A DNA stretch of 64,000 nt from Macrostomum lignano (lineage: Eukaryota): assembly GCA_002269645.1 (NCBI GenBank), contig NIVC01003148.1, positions 1-64,000 of the forward strand. Direction: 5' to 3'. The translations under genes were made by a program, and so were the position numbers. Each line of letters opens with the position of its first letter. Within the stretch, counting starts at the first letter, position 1. Positions 1 to 13,006 of the stretch are shown piece after piece. Under the pieces are notes generated by a model that had not been told where the DNA came from, made no database searches, and was given only the letters and a program-made list of their open reading frames with translations.

Positions 1-1131
1 CAGTAAAACAACAAAAATAGAATAAAATGTCAACCTATTGACTGTGATTATCAGTTAATCACTAAACAATTCGATTAACATTGCGCTTACGCAAATTAGC
101 CAGCAGAATATCAAACAGGCCCTTCTGAGGTGCGTCAATGAATTTGAAAACCGTGTTGTTAACATCAGGCGATGACAAGCAGGAGTTGCGCAGATCAGGC
201 AGGAATATTGTTTAAACATATTTGATGCCGTGCTGGCCACACCAGGTTCGTCCCACAATAGAGCTGTGGGTGGTGGATAGATATTTATTGAATAGATAGT
301 AGACGTGGATCTATCTATCTATAGATAGATTATGGATCTATCTATCTATAGATAGATAGGCATGTCTTTTTTGTTGCTGTTGTTATTGAATATATATATA
401 TTGATGTGTCACTCAAATAATGTCTGTGATGTTTATCACAAAAACACTTAAAAACTAAGTCTAAAGTTCTCCCAAAGGAGAAAACTCTTTCCAACGCAAA
501 CACTCGCATTTTAATGGCTCTTCAGAGTTGCGTCAGCATGTATTCGTTGGTAGTGCAAAATTCAACGAGACTTAGAGATTCGCTGCTCATTCTAAGATTA
601 CTCACCAAAATTAATGGTTGTCGCACATCGTGTGCCACCAAACAAGCCAGCCACCGCCAAGATGGACAGCAGAAATGAGATCTTCATTATTTCTAAACAG
701 CTACTCAATATCCTTGTTTGATTAAAAACGAATTTTGCGTAGCGCGTATCTCAAAATTAGGGTTTAACCCCTCTGAAGCAATCTAGCTTTTAGTTAAATA
801 TTCAGAGACGCCTCTCTAAACTCTACATCTATGTTGTTTCTCTCTCTCTCTCTCCCTCAGTCTTTGCCTGTTTTCTTCAAGCACGACTACAATAGCGTAC
901 TCAGGGCAGTGGCTTATTCTCTTTGGAAGCGATGAAGCCCCCCCCCGGTTGCGTGCCAGAGCCAACTTGGTTGGAAATGCACAGTACCGAACAGAATAGC
1001 AGCACTTGGTTGCACCTTCTCGACTTTTTTCTATTTCGCTCTCTCTACTCTATCTGTGCCTTTTGTCTGTCCACTTCGCGATAATAAGAAAGAAGCGCGG
1101 AAAAAAGTCTTCTCAAATATTTTTATAATTT

Positions 1132-2880
1132 TGCTAAGGGAGTATGTACTAGGCCAGAAAGCTACTTTTGCAAGAGGTTTATTAAATTCGTAGCTTTATG
1201 ATGCGGTCAATGCAATAAGATAAGCAAAATGTTTAGCTATGGGAAGAGTATTGGACATCGAAAACATGATAAACCTAGGTATCCCAAATGCTATAGTATC
1301 CGGCCTTTCCATCCCGTAGCATATGGAGGGCAGGAATCAGAGACTTCGTGTCGAATGGGAGATGGACTGCGGGAGCCCAACAAAACTGACGCCGGCACAG
1401 GCCTTTGGTAACTGATCATACCCACCCGATTTAAAGGCATTTTCAACGTAGCGCTCGGGTCTGATGGTAAGGCTCTATACAGACCGTTCCAGTTGCTGAG
1501 GTGCCTTTGCTGGCACTCTGCCATTTCCCACTCTAACTAGCTAGACAGGGGCCATGCTCTGATGATCGGGAGAGTTTGAGCTGACTGGAAAGTAGCCTAT
1601 AGCCGAATATGGGACTGATCTGCTTGGACGCTAATCGGGAGTCTGCTGCACTAACCAGAGTAATTTACACCCGGGGGTCTTTGGCGGCTATTACTGACGA
1701 AAACACCAGCGTGCTAGACTGCTAAGAGTAGTATGAGGGAACCTAGACTTTATGGTGTACAGATACTCAGTTCAAGAAGAGCCCCTGTAGCTCGTACCCA
1801 TAGATTGCGATACTTCCGACCGGTCAAAGCTAGCGTATTGAGATATGCAGGTATTGAGTTGGGTTGAGAGCATAAAGTTCAATATTTTCAAGTACAATTA
1901 AGAAATGTTAATTAAACAAATGACATAGTGCGTCGATATTGTGAAGCAATACAATGTAGGTCAAATGAACAAGATGTCAATGAACAAAATGAACTGATTT
2001 TTTAAAGTTCTTAGCTACCAATTGTAGACCAAATATGGGTGAAACTAAAATAAGTTAAGTAAGAAGTTAAGAACCAGTGTGATAGGTTGGAGAAAATTGT
2101 TGTCAACCCGGATGCTTGTACCTGCTAGTTTGTCAGTTCGTTAGCTTTTTAGACTTCTTCAAATTTGTTGAAATTGGTTGGAATTTGTTGAAATTTTGTT
2201 GAATTTGTTCAACAGCGAAGGTCACAAAGTTTGCAATCGGACTAAGGTTAAAAATTTTGCCAATATTGTAAAGTTTAACCTACCGTAAAGAGAGAGGAGA
2301 GGGAGAGAGAGAGAGACTACGACAACCTGGAGGCGGTTGATGAAGAGCTGACACGTGGATGATGCTGACACTTGATCAAATTGATGCTCCAGTAGGACAG
2401 GACTCTACAGAAGGAATCGAGTCGGGAGCGATAGGCTCTGTGTCCGTGGTAGACAGCACTGATCGAGATCGAAGTCTGAGTGTTTCTGAGTGAAAAATCC
2501 CCCGTTTAAATAGAGTCCAAAGGCCGCTCACGTGATGCTTCTCGAGATCGTTGCCAAGAGGAGAGATGAGAGGAAAGATGAGAGAAGAGAGGAGAGGATA
2601 ATAGAGAACAGAGAAGAAGGGAGAGAGTAGGTAAAAGAGTTGAGAAGAGACACAAACCTTGAGCGTGCCGGCTTGCTATTGTGAAGTTTTAAGGACCCGA
2701 GGGCCGGGGAAAGAGGATTTATCTATGTTACGAGCGTATTATTAAAGAAATCGGTATAAAGAGATGAGTATCAAAAAGTCTATAAAACTGATTTAAATTG
2801 TATTAACGAACCAGGGATCATACGTTCGTATATCGGGAAACTTCATAACTGATTTCACTATGTCTATGTGAGACCATAGC
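1132..2880. mobile_element. Divergent LTR-like element related in layout to the 2.2-kb solo LTRs; ends uncertain
   Basis: Same module order as 13218-15400: motif block (ggtctttggcggct...gctaagagtagtatgagggaac, ~1670-1745), AT-rich block, (GA)n at ~2290, gatgatgctga, TATA-like tttaaatag at ~2505, purine-rich tail. No TSD found. Confidence 0.4.
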
Positions 2881-2912
2881 AAGTCTGGTTTCCCAGCAAG
2901 CCAGTCAGCCAG

Positions 2913-4391
2913 TCAGTCGGCGAGGGCGTCCATCGACCTCAGATATTTGCCCACTTCAATAGCCAGATAGAAAGCGAGAAAAACCTTGTAGAAATTGAAA
3001 AGCACGCCCAGCCATGATACATAAACCAGCAGCAATAGTAGCGACTGAGCCAGAGGATCCATTGGCTCGTAGAGACCCCACAGCACCGACTGACATGCGG
3101 CATTGTGCAGCCTTGACAGCCAAACTGACTGATTGTTGTATCCGCAGCCTTGAGAACGCATCGGTTCGTGTTCCTCGCTAACGTGGTCATGTTCGTTCGA
3201 GTGTATGCTGCCAGAGGTGTGGCAGCAGGAGTCCGGCACTCGGTTGGGGCCAATCAGCCCGCGCCACTCCGCATGGTCGCTTTGATAGCCGCAGCAGTGG
3301 TGAACGACGTGCAAGTTGTCCAAAAACTCCGCAACCACGTGGGATTTATTGTACGAGCCGTACAGGGAAATCTGCAGTTAAGATTTTAATATTTTATAAT
3401 TTGTTAGTAACTATTTTACCATTCATACGTATGAATCACGTCATATTTGGGATTTCTTCAAGGTCAACTCTCTCCTATTATTGTACTGCTCTTTACGATG
3501 CGTAGACGAGGGGGGGGGAATGGCCGCATTTTGCCATAACATTTCATCGTGACCAGTGGATGTCAATCACTAATTAAGTTTCTCACTAATCAAGACATGT
3601 ATGCTCCTTTTTACGCCCTGGCCGTACAGCGATTCAATGTCGGCTACGTCAGCAGACGTTTCCTACGTTTATCGCCGTCGCTAACAAATTTACAGCATTT
3701 ACTTTTACATTACATCGACGAATAACGACGTTATACGTCAGCTTAACGTCTGTGCGACGTAAAAGTACATATTTGTCAGCGACGTTGACTGACGTCGAAT
3801 TGATGTACGGGCTGTTACTTCAAATTTCGAAGCTCGGAAATTTGCAAGGTTCCCTTGAGCAAAATATCAGCACCCTCGCTGAAACGGACGATATTATGAT
3901 GATAGACCCTTACCTTAGACTCGTATCAGAAATCTCTAAAAAGTTGTCTTTAATTCGTCAACTTTAATTTGCTTTTGTTCACTGCAAACTTGAAATAACA
4001 TCATTTAGAAAGGGACAAGAAAAACAAAAGCAAACAAAAACATTACCAGTTGATGTTGTAGAAAATATTTTGTCCGCATATTGTTCTTAAAAATGAAAAC
4101 CGTCATGAAAATTGAGAAGCCGAACAAAGCACACTGGCAGATAAGGCTGCAGCTCCAAAGAATGCGATCGTTAGTGCAGCTGGCCACAAGTTGCAGCAGT
4201 CCAGTGGCTAAATAAACGTATGCAGCGACTTTCAGTATTGTTAATAATCTGGGATTCTCCGTGACGATTGGAAGATACTCAATAACCTGGGTCCATGAGC
4301 CGAAGTCCGCTAGATGGGATACAACGCAGATAATTCCTATTACAAGATTTATTAAAGCAAGTAGGCAGACAATTTGTCCAGCGAGAAGCAT
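2913..4391 (-). CDS. Tetraspanin, 2 exons (4391-4047, 3371-2913)
   Basis: Exon 1 has three hydrophobic segments and ends at CTG|gtaatg. Exon 2 begins after ctgcag| in the same phase (phase 0) and gives ...FLQHQL|ISLYGSYNKSHVVAEFLDNLHVVHHCCGY...VPDSCC...GC... followed by a fourth TM segment. CCG and PxSCC are tetraspanin EC2 hallmarks. Confidence 0.85.
3619..3813. mobile_element. Small inverted-repeat element (MITE-like) in the tetraspanin intron
   Basis: ggccgtacagcgattcaatgtcggctacgtc is an imperfect inverted match to gacgttgactgacgtcgaattgatgtacgggc; the interior is rich in ACGT. No clear TSD. Confidence 0.3.
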
Positions 4392-5049
4392 ACTTCGCGT
4401 ATAATTATCGTACCAATTAAGGTCAACCTACATGCATGGGGCAATATATACTGGTAAAAAGTAAGGGCAGATAAGATAAGAAGTCTGAGCTTTCATTTTT
4501 GGAGATCAAATGTTAGAAACTTTCTATGGTAATCCGTTATGGGAGTATAATACGAGCGTATTTCGTAGCCCAACGAGACAAATAATAGGCGAGTGAGGCT
4601 GGGATAAAACTTTTATCGTACATAGCTTGAGAGGACGATGAAGGGCATGTATGCAGCTGGAGAGTACTTTAAAAAGTGCAAAAAACTGTTTTTTAATCAA
4701 ACAGTGATTGTTTCTTTACATATGTATTAAGAAATGTATTGAACACTATCTAGCTCAAGTTTACTCCAGCGGTTGATTTAAATTTTTGCCTCGCAATATC
4801 CCTTTTTAGGATCATTGCCGACTTGAACAAATACGAGCTATAACTGTTTAGCAAGATGAAGTTTTTATTTATGCTGGGTGCGGGGCCTACACTGGTGCTT
4901 GTACTGTTATGCTTGGTAATAATATTTATTAACTTTTACACCATTACGAGCTAACACTTCAAAATTATGCGGTGAGGAGTCGCGAGTTCAGATCGAGTCT
5001 GTTTTGAGTTTTGAGTTGTCAGCTTTGAACGTCAAAGAATTAATTGCTA

Positions 5050-6760
5050 TATTTCAGGCTGGGCTGAATGCGCATATACCAATCTGAACTTCTTGAGCTT
5101 CGAGGCTGGCTCCTCAAACAGACTGAACTCCTCCAGATTGGACAGAGTCTCGTTACCAGAAGCTACCAGGACCTCACCGCCAACTATCGCCCGATCTGCT
5201 TTCTCTCCTGCGTTGCGAAGGTCGCTGAAAAGATGGTCAACGAACGCCTCACCCACTTCCTTGAAGACGGCTGCTTAATCAACCCGGCTCAGGCCGGCTT
5301 CCGCTGGGGTGCCGCTCCACTGAGGAGCAAATCACTGCCGTCACGCAGTACATCTTCGACCGCCTGCAGGCGAAGAAGCCAGCAAAGCGTTCAGCTCTTC
5401 TCCTCGGTGATTTTTCGAGAGCCTACAACCGCGCGTGGCTAAATGCCTAAACCGTCAAACTTCACCGCAAAAGGGTGTCCACCTGCATGAACCGATGGCT
5501 CAGAAGGTTCCTCTCGGACGGACGCGCCCGCGTCATCTGGGACGGAACCAGAAGCCGGATCCTTATCTTCTCCGATGGCCTTCCTTCAGCAAGTCTCGGT
5601 CCTCGCCCCGACCTTGTAGATCGTCTATATCGACGACCTTCTAGATGGCGCGCCTGAGGACGTCCTGACTATAGCATACGCCGACGACGGCACATTGAAG
5701 CTCAGGGAACGACTATCCATGAGTGCGAGCAAACTCTGCAGCGCGCGGCCGATCGGCTCTTGTTGTGGTCCCAAACCTGAAAGGTGGAAGAAACAGAACC
5801 TCAGAAAGAACCAAGTCGGTCGTTGTGTACTTTTCTCTCGACCAGGGTCATCACCGGCTGCTGCCGGTGCGTACCTATCGCGGCACTCCTTCAAGAAGCC
5901 GGGTTCTAATTAACTTCATACCTCGCGTGCTGCGACCGCTGGCGTCACCCTCCTTTACAGGACTCTGAGGCAACGACAGCTTACTCCCCTCCGACGGCTA
6001 GCCGAGCTTAACATCGCTCCGAGACTTCGCGCCCATGACGCCAACGGCGGGTTCCGCCGGGACTGGCACTTCGGCGCCAGGACGCTGATCCGACGCGCCG
6101 GCGTCGAGGATGCGCCTAGAGAGATGGACAACGCGCCGATCCCGCCCTGGCATGCCCCGGACCTCTGCCGCACGACGTCCCGCGAGGACCCGCCGCACAT
6201 CCGTAGAGCCGCCACCTTAGAAACCCTAGCCGCCCTACCGCAGCCATACTTGCGCGGCGGTGCGAGCACAGTCTTGATCGTCCCCAACCATCCACTACAA
6301 CGGCTACAGGCCTCGGCTGGCAGTTGCACCTCGTCCTTCAGAGCCAAGGAGTGCGCCCTCCGGCTGGGCCTACAAGCGGCCCTCGACATCCTGCCATGGC
6401 CGGGCATCGGCGGGCTCCACTCCGCGACAGACTCACAGTCACTGCTCCGAAGCCTCCTCGCTGGCCCACCACCGCGCCTCTCGACATGCTGCAGGGAAAT
6501 CTGGGCTCTGCTCAGGAGAGTCCCGCTGGGCAACGACGTAATCATACAGTGGATCTCCGGACACTGCGACCTGCAGCTCGACGACCTGGTGGACAGCACA
6601 GCGCGCGACACGGCTCGGCTCCCGCTCCACTAAACCTTCGCAGCACCCGTTCGGCCATCGCTATGCTGGTAGCCTCGGACCTCAACCAGGCCTACGCCAA
6701 TGAACAGCACTGCGCGACGCATCGCTCTGCCATACCTGGGAGGCCTACCGCCGGGCTTCG
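5050..6760 (+). pseudogene. Degenerate non-LTR retrotransposon RT + RNase H fragment (I/Ingi-like)
   Basis: NYRPICFLSCVAKVAEKMVNERL...NPAQAGFR, WLRRFLSDGRARV, tacgccgacgac (YADD) at ~5678, RNase H motifs TDSQSLL and IQWISGHCDL; multiple frameshifts. Confidence 0.8.
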
Positions 6761-6989
6761 GGCGCAAAGCCCAAGTGACTCTGGCCCAGTTCCTCACCGC
6801 ACAAATATCGCCACCGATGCGGCCTGGAGCCATCCGCGACCTGCTCAGCATGCAGCAAAGCCAAGGAGGACCTCGAACGCCCGATAATTCAATGTCCGAC
6901 ACACGAAGACATCCGGGCAGAGGTCCTCAGACCAAACCCGTTGCTGGCCGTCGCCGCAGACGACGGCCTCGCGTGCTCAAGTATCTCCA

Positions 6990-8690
6990 TAGGATAAGGG
7001 CGCAGACGCGCCCCCGGACTAGCTATGTCCGGGAACCACCACCACCACTGGAAGGTGGTGCTCCAGTACGACCAGGACATGAGGCTGCAACATCACTCGC
7101 AACAGCGCGAATGGGACAGCCCCTATCTGAACCTCATCATCAAGCATATCACGGCAAATCACCAGAAACCTGGAAGCTGCTGGCCATGTGGCGGTCAAGG
7201 AGTCCAAGGTCACCGGAGCAAGGGTCAGCTGTCATCCGCTATACGGGTCATCTGAGGCCTGTTCAATAGCGACAAAGGCTGACACAGACACACCTGCAAT
7301 TACACCCATATCTACCGCATCTGTGAAATGAGCCACTTAAATCTGCAACATGGCTCAGTGGCTGCCGAATCAAAACACTAAGTGGAGAGGCGGGTCGCAG
7401 GGGCACCAATTTTAGCCCTAAGCAGATGGCGTTTGCTAGACATTCCAATATTTTAATTCCATGCGAGATGGCTGCTCGTCCTGCCTCTCGCCCTGCCGCT
7501 GGCCCTGCCGCCGGGCCTGTTGCGAACCTCGCCACCGACCTGGTCGCTGCACTCCGAAGCCGTTGGCCGCTGTCAGCTGTCGCTTGGACACCAGTCTTAC
7601 TCGGCGACTCAGACGCAGAGTTTCTGAGTGTGGGAATTCGCGATGGCTTTCGCATTACTGACGCGACCCCGATCAGAAAATCCCAAATCGAGAATCATGC
7701 ATCCGCCGTCTGTGAGGTGAATCTGCCGTTGAACTGCAGATCAGGGAGGAGGTGGTGGCAGAACGGTACATCTGCGCAAATGACTTGGGCATTGTCAGAC
7801 CGACCATCATCAGCCCACTGGGCGCCATCCAGAAGGCAGACGGCCGAAGGCAGACGGCGCCATCCGCCTGATTGATCACGACGCGTCCGCGCCACAGCCC
7901 AATGGGCCACAGCCTCAGCGATCTGTACAACCCCCTCCCCAGAAGCCGAATTTTGCCTGTTTCAAGGATCTGACCAGGCAGCTGGCACGAGGCTGGTTCC
8001 TCAGCAAGGTCGACCTTCGCCACCCCTACCGAAGCGTTCAGGTGCACCCAGACTGCTACCTGGCGACGGGTCTCAGTGGGCGTTCGAGCTGGACGGTCAG
8101 CCAACTTACCTGCATGGACTACCTGGCCTACCTGGTTGACACGCGACGCTTATTCGGTACGGCGTCATCGGTAAACATTTTCTACCGCCTAACGCAAGCT
8201 GTCAAGCGCTACATGTACAGACAATTCTCGCATCTGTCCAAATTCGTCGTCGTCGCCTACCTACTAGACAATTTCTGCATAGCTGCCTGGGACTACGAAG
8301 TCCGTCTGCAGCTGCAAAACTTTCTGTTGACCACCCTGAAGCACCTCAGCTGGACCAAAACGCAGAGCCTAGCCACTTCGATCACTTTCCTGGGCGTGTA
8401 GATCGACACATTGGCTGGCCTGCTGTCGCTGCCTAGTACCTACCCAGAAGATGGGCAGCCTTAAAGAGCTGCTCCAGGTCTGCGCCAAGTCAAGGAGCCT
8501 GCAGAAACGTCGCCTTCAGCACCTAGTAGGCAAACTGAACTGGTTCTGCAAAGAGACCAAACCAGCAAAGGCCCTGCTCCGCGCACTCATGGAGATGAAA
8601 ATCGCCATTCCCGAACAGCATCATCGAGTACCTGTGCGCGGCGAGCTGCTAGTCAAGTTGCAGTTCTGGCAACATGCAATCCCAGTGTGT
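6990..8690 (+). pseudogene. Degenerate DIRS/Ngaro-type retrotransposon (gag + RT remnant)
   Basis: Gag-like LQYDQDMRL...WDSPYLNL and a decayed Cys/His knuckle (~7250-7340). RT pieces: GIRDGFRI, KVDL..PYR, DTRRLFGTASSVNIF, AYLLDNF (YLDD-like), ITFLGV, RLQHLVGKLNW. Many stops and frameshifts. Confidence 0.7.
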
Positions 8691-9347
8691 TATTATTTAA
8701 TCTACTAGCCCATACTGTAGCTCTCTCTCTCCCTCTGCCAACCCTGCCTAAAACTTCCATGCTCGCAACTTTTTTTTATAATGTACTTCACTGTATTTTG
8801 GTGCCACTACCTAGACCTATATTATTGATAAATTTATTATTGAAGTTTTTTTATTTATTACCCAGCCATTGTCTGTGACTTCGGACCCCTGATTATGGTT
8901 AGCCCTCTCTCCCCGCGCCCTCTCATTGGCTGTCTCTATCATCTGTTATTCTTTGTTTCCTACCCCCATTTGCGTTCTGTGTGGCTGCAGCCAATCCCCT
9001 CTCGCTCTCTCTGCCCCACCTGCTGTTTTTATTACCCTGCAGCTTTAACCCCACCACATTTGGAGCTGTCTTTTATTTACTGCCGTGTGCTGTTCCCCCC
9101 TTTGCGATTCGCCTCTGCGAATCCAAGCCCAATACAAGAACAAATTAAGTAGATATGTTACTTGAGTAGTCTGATGTAACCGCCCTTGTCGCCTGTCCGC
9201 TCCTATTTGTGGCAGCCAGCCGCTTTAGTTTCTTATTCATGCATAAATTATTGTCTATGGACAAACTCAAATATACTTGTAAAGGGTGTGTGGCTGCGCC
9301 CAGTCTCGCCAAGCGCGAATACTCCTAATACATTCAAACTCACAACA

Positions 9348-9364
9348 TGGTGTCAGAGGTGGGA
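9348..9364 (+). promoter_or_regulatory. Primer-binding site, complementary to a tRNA-Leu-type 3' end
   Basis: TGGTGTCAGAGGTGGGA directly after the 5' LTR; closely matches the TGGTGTCAGAAGTGGGA Leu PBS consensus. Confidence 0.75.
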
Positions 9365-9385
9365 GACTCCAATTAGATAATTGCT

Positions 9386-12300
9386 TTGTGCGTCGTTTTT
9401 GGTGGCAACTACAGCGGCATGTCCGACGCAGCTGGACTGCGACCTCCAGGGCCCATGGTATTCGATGAGGCCAAGTCAGAACGCTGGAGAAAATGGATCG
9501 GCGCATTCAATTTATACATGACCGCCACAAAGCGCGACAAGGAGGCTGACAGCATGAAGAATGCGATTCTGCTGACCGCCATCGGTGAAGAAGGCAGGGA
9601 CATATTCGAGACATTCGAACTCTCTACTGACTCTGCTCACAAAGACATCATCGACAAATTCGAGAAATTCTGCATTCCTCTGGACAGCGAAACATTTGAT
9701 CGCTACAAGTTTAGAATGCGTAAGCAGGAGCAGTATGAAGATTTTGATCACTTCATAAATGAGCTACGATTGTTAATAAAGCGATGCAGTTTTTCAAAGC
9801 CTAAAAATGGGCAATGCATTGACGATGCCATGCTTCGAGATCAGATAGTATATGGGGTTCATAATTCAGCACTCCGTGAACGGCTCCTTGAGAAAGAGAA
9901 GCTGACACTGGAAAAGGCTATTGTTTTGTGCCGTGCCACCGAAGCTTCAAAGATGCAAGCCAGGCAGATGACAGGTATAAAGAGTGAAAACAGAAACTCT
10001 GTCAGTCGAATTGTAAAAGACCCTGATCACAAGTTGCAGCAATCAACCAGAGCCAAGTCCAAGTCTATCACACGAAAGGCTCCTACAGGACAACAGGAAT
10101 GCAGATACTGCGGCAAGAACCACAAATTTGGTCACACCAACTGCAGTGCCTATGGCAAGACCTGCTTGAACTGTGGACAAAAGAACCATTTTAAGGCCAT
10201 GTGCCGGAAAGAGAAAACAAAACAATCAAAACAGATTCGTACAGTTGAAGATGAGCTTACTGACGTGACTGAAACATCGAATTCTCACCAAGCTGCTGCA
10301 TGGGATACTACAGATAAAGAAGTGCTGACGGAATCAAAGATCTTTAAGGAATACAGCGATGTGTTCGAAGGAATTGGATGTCTGCCTGGAGCGCATCACA
10401 TTTCATTGAGAGAAGGTGCAATACCGAAAGTCCAAGGCCCAAGGAAAGTCCCATTTGCGGCTATGAAGGCCCTGCGTGAAGAGCTTGACCGTTTGCAGAG
10501 CCAAGGAATAATAACGAAATGCGACCAGCCGGCAGATTGGGTGTCCAATGTTGTTATCGTCTGGAAGAAGGATAACTCGATTAGACTGTGCTTAGATCCA
10601 AAGAATCTAAATGATGATATTGTCAGAAATCGATACCCCATTCCAACTTATGACGAGATGATTAGCGAGATGACAGGAGCAAAATACTTCTCAACATTTG
10701 ATGCTAAGTCTGGCTTCCATCAAGTTCAGTTGGATCAAGAAAGTTCACTTCTTACTGCATTTCACACTCCGTTTGGTGTTTACAAATGGAATCGACTAGC
10801 TTTTGGTCTAAAGGATGCACCTGAAGCTTCCCAAAGGCGCATCAAAGAAGAAGTGACAAGTCAAGTAGAAAAATCTGCTAACTACATCGATGACATCATA
10901 GTATGGGGAAAGACTCGGGAAGAGCACGACCAAGCAGTTCGAAATCTTTTGGAGCAATGCAGGAAAAAGAACCTGACTCTGAACAGGCAAAAGACGAGCA
11001 TTGGCAAAACCGAGCTTCGATTTCTTGGACACATACTAACTGACAAAGGTGTGAAAGTAGATCCACAAAAAGTAAACAGCATCAAAGAAATGCCGCACCC
11101 AAACAGTTTTGAACAGCGTGCTGAAAAGCAAGCGCAGCTCCAACGGTTTATTGGTAGTGTAAATTACTTGTCAAGATTGCTTGCGCCATTTGACCCGAAT
11201 AAAGACCTAATTTTATCTGTCGACGCCAGCAAAGATGGCTTGGGATCAGCACTATTGCAGGAAGGACATGTCATTGAGTATGCATCATCAGCTCTAACAT
11301 CCGCTCAAAAGAAATATGCCCAGATAGAGAAGGAAATGCTTGCGATAGTATTTGGCTGTCGAAGGTTCAGACAGTATCTCTGGGGACGTAGAGTCTCTGT
11401 CGAGTCTGACCACAAACCGCTGCAGTATATTATGAAGAAGCCAATGGATGAACTATCGGCTAGAATTCAACGTCTGATACTCAAGATCCAAGAATTCGAC
11501 TTAGACGTGCAATACAAACCGGGAAGATATCTTTATTTGGCTGATACATTAAGCCGTGCTTTCTTGCAATCCGTGCATTCGGCGAATGACATAGACTCTG
11601 AGCTTGAGAATCAAATCTTGGGTATCCAAAAGGTTTGTCTACCGGAAGACCTACTTAAGAAGATCCAGGAACACACATATGCAGATTCAACTTGCCATGC
11701 GATCAAGAATCGCATTCGCGAGGGTTGGCCGGAACTCAGAAACCAATTGCCAGAACAACTAAAGCCTTTCTGGAATGTTCGTCACGATTTAGCCGAGCAC
11801 GACAGATTAATTATGAAAACCAGCAAGATATTTATACCACTGACCATGCGCCACGAATTCTTGAACATCATTCATGAAGGGCATCAAGGCATTGAAAAAA
11901 CACTGCTAAAAGCAAGAGGATCGGTATACTGGCCTCAGATGCGTCGGGACATCCAGAACTACATAGCAGCATGCGATGCCTGCCAAAGCAGCCAATCCCG
12001 ACCACAGAAAGAAACAATCATTAAAAGTCCGCATCCTGATTATCCATTTCAAGAGTGCGCGACTGACCTGTTCGATTTTAAAGGTCGAAAATTCATAGTT
12101 GTAGTGGACAGATACAGCCGATGGATCTGTGCAGATCCATTAAGATCAAATACAGCTGAGTTTGTTATCCTGCAATTAAAGAAATATTTCTCCACATTCG
12201 GAACACCTGAGAAGTTGCGATGCGACAACGGACCGCCATTCTCGTCCAACGCATTCCAATTATATGCTAAATCAAGCGGGATAGCGCTTGTAACATCATC

Positions 12301-13006
12301 ACCAAGATATCCACAGTCCAATGGATTAGCGTAGCGAGCTGTGCAAACAGTGAAATGCTTCTTGAGAAAGAATGAAGACTTTGAAAAAGCAATGCTTCAC
12401 TACCGTAATACTCCGATTGAGCGTGGGTTACCGACTCCAGCAGAGCTACTGATGGGAAGGAAATTGAGGTACGAACTACCTGTACCAATAATGGAATTGA
12501 TACCAAAACGAACATGGACGAAGAATGATTTGGAAACACTGAACGCCATGCGAAGGAAGGACGCGATTCGCTACAACAGTACAGCTAGGGATTTGAAGCC
12601 ACTGGAGACTGGAGAGCAAGTCTGGTTGTACGAGGACAAGAGACAGTGGATTCCAGCAGAAATTCAATCGCGGGATCATACGGATCCAGAACGATCGTAC
12701 CAAGTGCAAACTGCTGATGGTAAATGCTACAGAAGGAATCGACGATTTTTAGCACCCAGAGTTGCGAACTCCAGACTGTCTGCAATACCGAAACATCTAG
12801 CGCTACAGCGACCAGTAGATATCTCAGAGAGTCATCTGAAAGATTCAACTGCATCATCCGGAATTCAGCCAACTCATGAGCATCCAACAACAAGCAATCC
12901 TGCTGAAGATGCTAACCGACAAATGACCAATGCTGACACAAATGCGCCATATGTGACACGATCGGGTCGTACTGTCAAACAGACGAGATTCTATCAAGCT
13001 GTTTAA
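9386..13006 (+). pseudogene. Gypsy gag-pol (Gag, double zinc knuckle, RT, RNase H, integrase); protease absent; in-frame TAG at 12332-12334
   Basis: CRYCGKNH...CLNCGQKNHFKAMC; RT FSTFDAKSGFHQ and YIDD; RNase H VDASKDGLG; integrase HEGHQG...CDAC, ATDLF, CDNGPPF, SNGLA*RAV. No DTG/DSG protease motif. Confidence 0.9.

Noticed and set aside
307-358. Two tandem 18-bp perfect palindromes (atctatctatagatagat)
   Set aside because: Explained by back-to-back (TATC)n/(GATA)n microsatellite plus a local duplication.
1559-1600. Hammerhead ribozyme candidate (CTGATGA...GAAA)
   Set aside because: Stem II does not abut GAAA and no stem I/III with a UH cleavage site can be formed.
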